Shown piece after piece: positions 53,241-64,000 of a stretch of 64,000 nucleotides of DNA. Origin of the DNA: Eledone cirrhosa. Its lineage: Eukaryota. The translations under genes and the position numbers were made by a program. How positions within the stretch are numbered: the first letter of the stretch is position 1; each line of letters starts with the position of its first letter. The notes beneath the pieces are model-generated. The model did not search any database. It was not told where the DNA came from and was given only the letters and a program-made list of their open reading frames with translations. The DNA lies in the NCBI GenBank assembly GCA_964016885.1, contig OZ024743.1:119474001-119538000 (forward strand), given 5' to 3'.

Positions 53241-53449
53241 TCTCCCCCCCCCCTCTCTCTCTCTCTCTCTTTATATATATATATATATATATACATACGT
53301 GCATGTCTGTAAGTATGTACATACAGTGACCACAGATTTTATTCTGTCAATTATTTCCCAAACAATTCCCGTTATTAAAAATCTATGTATAAGCAAGATC
53401 CTTATATAAAAATCCTCAGAGAGTGTGGGGAAAAGTTAGAGAGAGAGGG

Positions 53450-53581
53450 GAAGAAGAAGAAGAAGAAGAAGAAGAAGAAGAAGAAGAAGAAGAAGAAGAA
53501 GAAGAAGAAGAAGAAGAAGAAGAAGAAGAAGAAGAAGAAGAAGAAGAAGAAGAAGAAGAAGAAGAAGAAGAAGAAGAAGAA
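53450..53581. repeat. (AAG)n microsatellite
   Basis: Pure run. Confidence 0.98.
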
Positions 53582-53941
53582 CTTTCTTTATATTCAAGAT
53601 TCTCACTATGGAAATTTGACGTGAGAATGGTGAATTCTAATATACTAGCAGTGAGTTTATAAATATTTTTTTTGTACCCAGACTTACGCCTATGGTATCA
53701 ATTTCTCTGTCCTTTGCCAAACTGTACATATGTCTGCGTGAACCAGCTGTTAGTGTGTGAAAACTCTATTCAATTAATAGTTGTGACTTTTCGTCGCTTT
53801 AGTTTTTATTTATTTATCTATTATGTATTATTGGCTCAGTATAACAAGATTATTGGTTCATCAAGTGCCAACCGCATGGGGGTGATTTTCCCCCCTTCTT
53901 TGGGTACCGATATTTCAGGTACAAATATGTTTACATTATTA

Positions 53942-54122
53942 TTGGCAGTATCGGTAGAGGGTTGGACGCCATGCTTTCTAGCATAGTTACGTCCCTTTAC
54001 AGTCTGAGTTCAAATCCCGCCGAGGTTAACTTTGCCTTTCATCCTTACGGGGTCGATAAAATAAAGTACCAGTAATGTACTGGGTAATTGCTGGTCTTGT
54101 GCCTAAAGTAGAAACAATTATT
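53942..54122 (+). mobile_element. tRNA-derived SINE
   Basis: A box tggcagtatcgg, B box gagttcaaatcc, core and ATT tail. Confidence 0.9.
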
Positions 54123-54444
54123 ACTTGTTATATAAGTATTAAGCTTGCTGCTTCTATTCAAATGAAAAGTGAAAGTTTACATGTTCAAACCTTGTGGTGG
54201 ATGGATGATAGTCGAATCGTTAGTGCATTGCGAAAATACCAATGACTAGTAACATTTAGTTACTTCTCTTTATTCTCCGAATACAAATTCTGTCTGTAGT
54301 CGAAGTGGTAGTTAAGAATAAAGTCCTGGGATTGTTATAATCAAAAACATATTCTTCATAAGTTTTCGATATTTTTCATGCTGTACTGAACATCGAACCT
54401 TGCTTGGACAGTTCTAAGTATGTGATGTATTTATATATAACCGA

Positions 54445-54620
54445 AATAATTGTTTCTACTTTTGGCACAAGGCCAGCAATTTCCCAGTACATTACTGGTA
54501 CTTTATTTTATCGACACCGTAAGGATGAAAGGCAAAATTAACCTCGGCGGGATTTGAACTCAGACCATAAAGGGCCGTAACTCTTTCCGGCAAAGCATGG
54601 CGTCCGAGCATCTACCGACC
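54445..54620 (-). mobile_element. tRNA-derived SINE, inverted relative to 53942-54122
   Basis: Same family on the opposite strand. Confidence 0.9.
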
Positions 54621-54867
54621 CGTAATAATGTTTATGCATTTATCTCTGTTTTTGTCGAACGGTAGGCTAGATTTTCCTGTCCATTCTTTATTTTGTTATC
54701 GTGTGACATGCATATTACTAACAGAGTGTTTCTACAATTTATTACGCAAACTGGCAATACAAGTGCAATACATCCTTAATACGCGAAATTGCAGGCCAGT
54801 AGGATGGATGGCTGATGAGATAGTTGTTTTTTTAGTCTTATATAACTGTGCATTTACTGATACTATA

Positions 54868-54939
<72 letters not shown>

Positions 54940-54940
<1 letters not shown>

Positions 54941-55077
54941 CGAAGGAAGTGTGGTAAGGAATCAGATGGACCATAACGCACCAGAGTACTCAATACTTAG
55001 CGTAGTAGAGTGGGTAATAGGAAAATGGTTAACCCCGACGGCAGAGCTCAAGCCGTTTCGCCGGCTATTTCTGGACT
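54940..55077 (-). mobile_element. Cassette family A monomer
   Basis: Same ends as 45284-45421; (TA)n on both sides. Confidence 0.85.
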
Positions 55078-55099
55078 ATATATATATATATATATATAT

Positions 55100-55875
55100 A
55101 GTGAAAAATTGAACAGGAACAAAACAGAGAGGCAGTACGAACAAAGATTTATTAATTTCACGCTCTTGAGAGTGGGGTGGTGGTGGGGAACGACGTTTCG
55201 GGCATAAGCCCTTCTTCAGGTGAAAAGTGTGTGGGAAGAGAGTCCAAAGGGTGTGTAGGGGAGTAGTGGAGAGACATATAGCAAAAAGGGGGTGAGAGGA
55301 AACAGTGCAAATGAAATTAAAAATAAAGGCATGATCAAAATAAAATTAAAAAGGGGTTAAACAGGTGGTGGAAGGGTGTGCGGCGTGTAGGGGTGGTGGC
55401 GGGTGGAGTGGGGAGAGGGAGACGGGGTGTCCGAGCGGAGAGGGCTGAAGGTGGTGTGTGTGTGTAGGTGTACGTGTGTGTGTGTGTGTGTATGTGAAAG
55501 CAAGGGTTGGGGGAAGAACGGGGTTGCATGTTCAGGAAGAGGTGTGTGTGGGGTGGGGTGTAGGTCGGAGTGTGTGTGCATGTGTGGATAGAGGGTGGGG
55601 GGAGAGGATTCCGGAGGCTGAATGTATAAATATGTGGTGGTACGCACGTGTGTGTGTAGTGTTTATGCGTGTTGTGGATGTAGGTGGCGTGTGGGAAAAA
55701 ATTTTTTTTTCTGTGTGTGTCTGGGGTGAGTCTTAAAGGTAATTCCGTAAAAAGATGTGGTGGAATGCTGAGTAAAATCCTGGGATGCGGTAGATTCTCG
55801 GGATCAGGGTTCACATATGTGTAATCCGTGAAGAGATTGGTCGGAAGAGGGGAGATGTGGGGTGCGCGCGCAATA
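55100..55875 (-). mobile_element. Penelope-like 3' remnant with a hammerhead at 55192-55219
   Basis: ac-CTGAAGA-a-gggc-ttat-gccc-GAA-ACGT-C-gt. Upstream RAPHISPLPTNLFTDYTYVNPDPENLPHP weakly resembles the PLE RT thumb. Tail homologous to 60270-60358. Confidence 0.6.
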
Positions 55876-56361
55876 TATATATACAACACGACACGAAATT
55901 TTTTTAAATATAGACATAGAGAGGCGGGGAATGGGAGAGCCGGAAACAGAGAAAGAGAGAGAGAGAGAGATAGGGAAAAGAAACAGAGATTTGTATGTGT
56001 GTGTGCTTCAGTGATCTTGCTTTTGTTCTATGACGTTATGGTTCAGTATTAAGAGAGCGATAATATAAGTACCAGATTAAAATAATTACTGGGATCGATA
56101 GGATTGACAAAACTCTTGAAAATTGCGCCCCAATGTGACTACAAACCAGATGAATGGTTGAAACCAGTACGACATCTAATTCATATTATAGTGGCATTGT
56201 TCATTTACTATCTGTATAACAGATATTAACAATGAAATCATATTGAATTTTAAAACGATACATGAATTGTATATCGTTTAATGTATGTATTACATACGCA
56301 CGAGTGATTTTGGTAGATATTATATGCATTATATACATACATACTTATTTATCTATCTATC

Positions 56362-56457
<96 letters not shown>

Positions 56458-56460
<3 letters not shown>

Positions 56461-57044
56461 ATGAGAAGACAGAATACTGCGTGGTTGCACATGGGTTACA
56501 TATGATAAAAATAGTCCTTCAACAGTGATTTTCCAACCTTCATTGGTATTTCATCGCTTTAAAAATCATATACCTCCAGTTGGTGGGAGCAATAGCTAAA
56601 TAAAGCTATTGGGACAAGTAAATCGCGTAAAGCGAGCGAGACAAGTAAACAAACATAGAAGGATAGCAACGCAAAGATAGGAAAAAACAAGCACATGGGA
56701 GTCCGATCAGCTTTAGCTGTGTGGATTTCATGGGCGAGAGACTACACACCGTCCGACAGCTAGTGAGGTGTGAGCAGGAAAAGACCCACTACAGGCCAAA
56801 CGGGAGGAAGTGAGAAGGGGGAGAAGCAGAGACTGAGTGAGTGGAAGTGCGAGGAAGAGGCCAGTCGAGAGAAAGTATAACTGACAGAGGGGGCGAAATA
56901 AGTAGAGAGAAACAGAGAGAGGGGGGAAGCAGTAAGAGAGAAACAGACAAACGCAGCTGGGGAAAATATATATAAAAAACATGAGTTGAAAGAATACTGC
57001 GTGGTTGCACATGGGTTACATATGATAAAAATAGTCCTTCATCA

Positions 57045-57049
<5 letters not shown>
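56458..57049 (-). repeat. TA-flanked cassette of about 590 bp bounded by direct repeats of about 72 bp
   Basis: aaacatgag...agaatactgcgtggttgcacatgggttacatatgataaaaatagtccttca(a/t)cagtgat at 56458-56529 and about 56977-57049. Confidence 0.85.
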
Positions 57050-57104
<55 letters not shown>

Positions 57105-57106
<2 letters not shown>

Positions 57107-57142
57107 GAGAACAATTGTTTCACCTTAGCGGATCCTCAGCTC

Positions 57143-57205
<63 letters not shown>

Positions 57206-57306
57206 CGAGCTGAGGATCGTAAGGTGAAACAATTGTTCTCGCTATGGTGAACTAACTGTTGTGGAACCAGTACTACCTAACTCGTCCTATGGACTGAGTG
57301 CTCTAC

Positions 57307-57310
<4 letters not shown>
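57105..57310. mobile_element. Head-to-head hammerhead pair around a (TA)n tract, plus tail
   Basis: Plus 57206-57241 reads cgag-CTGAGGA-tcgtaaggt-GAA-ACAATTGT-T-ctcg; inverted copy on minus at 57106-57143. Confidence 0.75.
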
Positions 57311-57962
<652 letters not shown>

Positions 57963-58025
57963 CTCATATCGGATATTGTTTATCGTTAATTCGTGAGCTG
58001 ATTTTCCGATACTCGATTATTCTAT

Positions 58026-58066
<41 letters not shown>

Positions 58067-58175
58067 TATAATATATATATAAAAAGATCGATCGACTTTC
58101 GTCAAATCGGACCGAGGAAACAATGTTTCCGTTGGTCTTTCCAATTGCTAATACTCTCTATCGGTCGCAACTCGT

Positions 58176-58252
<77 letters not shown>

Positions 58253-58353
58253 TAGGCTCGATGAACAATAAATTCATATACAAATTTAATATACAATAAA
58301 TGTACAAATTTAAAGGAAGGATATGTCAAGAAACAAAAACTAGAATGATGTAC

Positions 58354-58496
<143 letters not shown>

Positions 58497-58580
58497 GAGA
58501 GAGAGATAGAGAGAGAGAACGAGAGATCAGCAAATAATGAATGTACTAACTTATATAAGAAATTGTATAAATTAAATAAT

Positions 58581-58665
58581 TGTTTCTACTTTTGGCACAA
58601 GGCCAGCAAATACCCAGTGCATTACTGGTACTTTATTTTATCGACCCCGTAAGGATGAAAGGCAA
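58581..58665 (-). mobile_element. 5'-truncated SINE with a TSD of about 21 bp
   Basis: aaattgtataaattaaataat on both sides. Confidence 0.85.
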
Positions 58666-59089
58666 AATTGTATAAATTAAATAATATATTAAATTTGTAT
58701 AATTTAAATCATATATTAAATTTGTATAAAATATGGTCTGAATTAAGGTTTATCGAGTTTCCTGTTTTGAGTAAAATAATATATATTTTTTGATTAAACC
58801 AATTTATAGTATATAACTGCTCCAAATTTTTAATTTGTTGAGCAGCCAAATATTAACTATGTTTGGCTGCTATCTTTAGCGCTATTTATGAACAGTCCTG
58901 TAAAATATCTGCCTTTCTGCAGGACGTTAATTTTTAGGCACCAAGTACTTTTATGTTGGACGCCTTGCCGGGCAGTTTCGGTTCATTTCGATCATCATTG
59001 CACATGCGCTCCAGGGAGTCACGACAGGCTCATATTCTTTTAAATATATATATTGTAGAAAGAATATACATTGCGTACCACACGTGGAA

Positions 59090-59410
59090 GGTACTTTGTC
59101 GGTTACGACGATGAGTGTTGCAGTTGATCAGATCAACGGAACAGCCTGCTCGTGAAATTAACGTGCAAGTGGCTGAGCATTCCACAGACACGCGTACCCT
59201 TAACGTAGTTCTTGGGGAGATTCGGTGTTACACAGAATAAGACAAGGCTGATCCTTCGAATTACATGCACAACTAATTTTTGACAACTGAGTGGACTGGA
59301 ACAATGAGAAATAAAGAGTCTTGCTCAAGGACACAACGCGCCGCCCTGGAATCGAACTTACAAACTTACGATTGTGAGCCGAATACCTTAACCACAAAGC
59401 CACGCGCCTT
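59090..59410 (-). mobile_element. tRNA-derived SINE with a CORE-like domain (second family)
   Basis: Minus strand reads ggcgcgtggctttgtggttaagg (A box), gttcgattcc (B box), gttgtgtccttgagcaagactctttatttc (CORE-like). Confidence 0.8.
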
Positions 59411-59524
59411 CACGTACCATACGCAGACGCACACTAACACACACACACACCCATTGACACACCAACAAGTACGTACACACACACACATATACACATCATC
59501 ATCATCATAATCATGACACTCGTA

Positions 59525-60118
59525 CACACAATAAACTCGGTGCATATACTTCAGGTTTTCCTTACAGGGCATTGAACATCTGATCTCTGCTCTACGTTTC
59601 GAGAGAGCAGCTATTGGTATGTTTTATCTTGTTGCATTTACCGCACCCTATACGTGATTCTATATTCACACCCACATTTCAAATAACACCTACACAGGCC
59701 ATTACTTGTTTCCTACCGAATTACCTGGCTGCAAAATAAATTCCTACTCTGCTTTTATTACATAACCCTTTATCACACAACCCCCCCCCCCGACCCAATC
59801 TGTATCGTACACACTTATACATACAGAATTACAGAATTACACACGAACACTCACACACACAAAACCATATACATACATAGATACGTTGACAATCAGTGAG
59901 ACATGGAAGCACACAGATATATGAGAGCACACACATATGAGCGCATATAAACAGACAAACACACAAATGGATACGCTGAAACACATGCATACGCACAAAC
60001 ACCTGCGAAGTTCAAACCATTCACACTGCCTATAACAACGCATTTAAACAGAGAATATATATAGAACACACATAAAAAAGACACATGTGCACAAACAATC
60101 ACATGCAGGCCCACAAAT

Positions 60119-60154
<36 letters not shown>

Positions 60155-60358
60155 GCGCACAGACACATACACACACGTTTCTATATGGTGTGTCTTTACT
60201 GGGTCTTCATTGTGTTGCTCCATTGTGATCCTGTCTCTACTTGTACGCCTGAAGACGGGCTTAAGCCCGACACGTCGAACTTTCTTTCCTCTTTCCAATA
60301 TAAAGCGTGAAACTAATAAGACTTGTTGTGCCTCTGTTTGTTGTCTCCTTCAACTATA
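59525..60358 (+). mobile_element. Penelope-like 3' remnant with a mutated hammerhead at 60249-60276
   Basis: KLGAYTSGFPYRALNI*S..LPHP (thumb-like); CTGAAGA-c-gggc-ttaa-gccc-GAc-ACGT-C. Confidence 0.55.
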
Positions 60359-60362
60359 AATT

Positions 60363-60417
<55 letters not shown>

Positions 60418-60420
<3 letters not shown>

Positions 60421-60812
60421 AGGAGGTTATAGTTCACTTGAAGCATTGTGTAATGAGGTATAAACGTTTGTATATGTATAATAAACCCAAAACAATGCAG
60501 GTATGGACATAGAATAAAGAATGCAAATGCAAAAGATATTATTGACAATTAGTCTTTTACCTTAGATTTATTTAAATGTCCTTAATTTTCGAGATAATAT
60601 CTCTTCTTCGGAGGGAAGTAAAGCGTTTAGCTATTTAGAACACTGGTTTAACCGCTTTACTTCCCTCCGAAGAAGAGATATCATCTCGAAAATTAAGGAC
60701 ATTTAAATAAATCTAAGGTAAAAGACTAATTGTCAACAATATCTTTTGCATTTGCATTCTTTATTCTATGTCCATACCTGCATTGTTTTGGCTTTATTAT
60801 ACATATACAAAC

Positions 60813-60818
<6 letters not shown>
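60418..60818. mobile_element. Fold-back cassette (about 166 bp arms) with variant hammerhead cores
   Basis: 60459-60625 inverted with 60653-60818; cct-CCGAAGA-a-gagat-atc-atctc-GAA-AATT-A-agg. Confidence 0.8.
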
Positions 60819-60908
<90 letters not shown>

Positions 60909-61098
60909 TATATATATATAATTGGAGGCTTAGTAAAATCTAATCTTTGGCGTTGTGCAAATAAATTCGACCTACGATATGAATGAGTTAGCAAAGCAAT
61001 TGACAAGGGTAGGTCCTTAGAGTAATAACATACGTTTAAATAGCTTGACAAATTGAACATCGTGGTAGGCAAAATCTAACACACAATACCAAAGTAAC

Positions 61099-61144
<46 letters not shown>

Positions 61145-61513
61145 CTGCTCTGTAGAACAACTGATGTTATTACATTGAGCTATTTATCTTACTGGTAATA
61201 AGGTAGTAAAATTACTGTCTTTCACTGTTTAGGGTTTAAAATATATATAACTATAAAAAGTTTTAGTATATACATAACCATAAATAGCATCATTAATACT
61301 ATATATATATGTGTGTGTTTAGGTAATTCCGAAGGAAAATCGAAGGAAAAAAAAGTGCTCTATGTATAGAACCGAGCTAACTATTCCATTACCAAAGATT
61401 TCAGGATCCCAGAAAATAATAATATACGCCTGGATGGGTCGTCAGACAGGGATGTTATATATAACAGCTCTGTATGACGACAGAGTTATATGTTGTGCTG
61501 TTCACTTTCTAAT

Positions 61514-61567
<54 letters not shown>

Positions 61568-61648
61568 AATGTCACTTTGACGAATCAAAGAAAAAAAAAA
61601 AGAAAAAACAGATACTTAAATATATTTGCCGTGTTATTTCCAATTCCA

Positions 61649-61735
<87 letters not shown>

Positions 61736-62411
61736 TAATGGTAGCTAAGATGCTTCCATAGGCGGTATGCCGGTTGAGCCTTCTATGCTCCTACAGAGCA
61801 GAGTATTATAGAATGGAAAACGAAAAATCAGTGATGCATCGGAACTCAATTTATTGTGTGTTACAATTGTTTCCCTGGCGAACAGCTGTGGGTGGATCGA
61901 CCTGACTCTGGATTCACAGGTTCCTCGGACACGTCTATTGAATTCGGAGCATATCCTCTTTCAGAAAGAGGATATGCTCCGAAATCAATTTATATATACA
62001 TATGCATATAAACATATGCATATAAACACATTCCTATGCATGCCTAGACATGCACGAACATCACCACATACATATACACAAAGAAACACAAATATACTTT
62101 AGGTATACACTCTTACATATGAACACATATACAAAACGATGCCAAACTCCTATACACACGACCCAAATCGATTTCGATGCTTCACACTTAAATACCACGC
62201 ACATACTAAAACAAACCTATATCACACAAACACACATACGTACATGTCATCTCTCACCTACACACATATACAACCACTCCAACAGAAACGTATACAGCCG
62301 CACCTTATACACTCATTCCCATAATATACAAAACACCATTGATTGACATATAATGGGAAGTTCGTTTTTGTTTAGTTTTTAATGTTTTTGACCTTGCCCT
62401 GGATGTGTGCT

Positions 62412-62476
<65 letters not shown>

Positions 62477-62612
62477 CACACACACACACACACACTTACA
62501 TACACACACACACACTCACGTACACACGCACACACACACACGCGCGCACACACACGCACACACACATATATATCATCGTTTAATATATATGTGTGTGTAT
62601 ATATATATATAT

Positions 62613-63221
62613 ATTGTTAAACTTGGGGAGGGTCATACTGTTGTAATAAGATTGCCAGAAATAATAACAGAACAGACTCACTGTTTGGTTGGTTTTCGCT
62701 TCTGTAGCTTTTATATCTCCACGGTTAATCCATTCGGCCCTCAATGTTTATCATTGACTGACCAACGGTCAAAAATACAGATATAATATAGATATAAACA
62801 CATATATATAGTCTAACAAAGTTCTTTCGTTGCACATCTGCAACATCATCAGTGGTACTATTATGTTCCTCCTGTTTGAAAAAATGGCGTAGATACACTA
62901 TACACAATACAACAGGAGGAACATAATAGTACCACTAATGATGTTGCAGATGTGCAACGAAAGAAATTTGTTAGACTATATATATGTGTTTATATCTATA
63001 TTATATCTGTATTTTTGACCGTTGGTCAGTCAATGATAAACATTGAGGACCAAATGAATTAACTGTGGAGATATAAAACATACAGAAGCGAAAACCAACC
63101 AAACAGTGAGTGTGTTCTGTTATTATTTCCGGAGATATTATTACAACAATATGACCTCCCCAAGTATAACAATATTTGTTTCGACACACGATTTCATATC
63201 AAAAACCTCACAAAACAAATG
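62613..63221. mobile_element. Fold-back cassette (about 262 bp arms) with hammerhead cores
   Basis: 62613-62877 inverted with 62911-63173. Minus 62814-62857 reads tacca-CTGATGA-t-gttgca-gatg-tgcaac-GAA-AGAACT-T-tgtta; the other arm has CTAATGA. Confidence 0.8.
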
Positions 63222-63232
63222 TATATATATAT

Positions 63233-63442
63233 ATAGGAACCAGTAAGACCCCGACGGCTGAGCTCAAGCCGTTTCGACGGCTAATTCTGGACTAAAAATT
63301 TTTAGTCCAGAATTAGCCGTCGAAACGGCTTGAGCTCAGCCGTCGGGGTCTTACTGGTTCCTATTACCCACTCTACTACCCTAAGTATTGAGTACTTTGG
63401 TGCGTTATGGTCCACCTGGTTCCTTACCACATTTCCTTCGTT
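63233..63442 (+). mobile_element. Cassette family A with a perfect fold-back arm
   Basis: Perfect palindrome 63233-63364 around aaaaattttt, then tail to (TA)n. Confidence 0.88.
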
Positions 63443-63479
63443 ATATATATATATATATATATATATAAAGAATTAATAT

Positions 63480-63880
63480 ATCTAGTAACATATATATACA
63501 CAGATGCATACTTATGCTAGCAAATATATAGGTTTTGTCTTAGTAACTTTGTGGTTCAATGCATGGGGATGCAGAACAATAATATGAGAGACGTAAAATA
63601 AGAAAATTATAAAATTAACTTACTAAAATTTCACTCCAACTAATTAGTTTCTGAAAGGGAATAAACATAGTTTCCGAAGAAACGTACGGAGAAGCCCCTC
63701 GTCATCAGGGAAGTCTATTCTCAGCTAAGTTTCCAGGCAATACGTGGACACAGGGAATGATGACGAAGGGCTTCTCCGTACGTTTCTTCGGAAACTATGT
63801 TTATTCCCTTTCAGAAACTAATTAGTTGGAGTGAAATTTTAGTAAGTAAGTTAATTTTATAATTTTCTTGTTTTACGTCC

Positions 63881-63886
<6 letters not shown>
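63480..63886. mobile_element. Fold-back cassette (about 125 bp arms) with a hammerhead-like core
   Basis: 63582-63707 inverted with 63758-63886; minus strand CTGATGA-cgagggg..tttcttcg-GAA-ACTATGT-T with poor stem I. Confidence 0.75.
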
Positions 63887-63920
<34 letters not shown>

Positions 63921-63922
<2 letters not shown>

Positions 63923-64000
63923 GGCTGCCAACTCGTTTTCGAGTACGGCCACTACTTTATATCCATGTAGGAGAACCCCTACCGATGCGCTAAACGAGTG
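63921..64000 (-). mobile_element. RTE LINE 3' end (runs off the window)
   Basis: Reverse complement of 1481-1561. Confidence 0.8.

Overview
Repeat-saturated, AT-rich eukaryotic (metazoan) DNA with no host gene I can support. The SINE families and the extreme (TA)n/(CA)n/(AAT)n load suggest an octopod cephalopod genome (inference). Main contents: two full-length Tx1/L1-clade LINEs and one 5'-truncated copy, all sitting in (TTA)n tracts; a 5'-truncated R4/Dong-type LINE in one of those tracts in the opposite orientation; a decayed Helitron with exact TC...CTAG ends; RTE fragments; about 20 tRNA-derived SINEs. The most striking signal is a set of short, mutually unrelated cassettes embedded in (TA)n microsatellites. 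Most carry minimal type I hammerhead ribozyme cores, and many are fold-back palindromes whose inversion axis lies at or just 5' of the ribozyme; they are probably Penelope-like element termini or non-autonomous derivatives. Coordinates were read by eye, and decayed-element boundaries are approximate.
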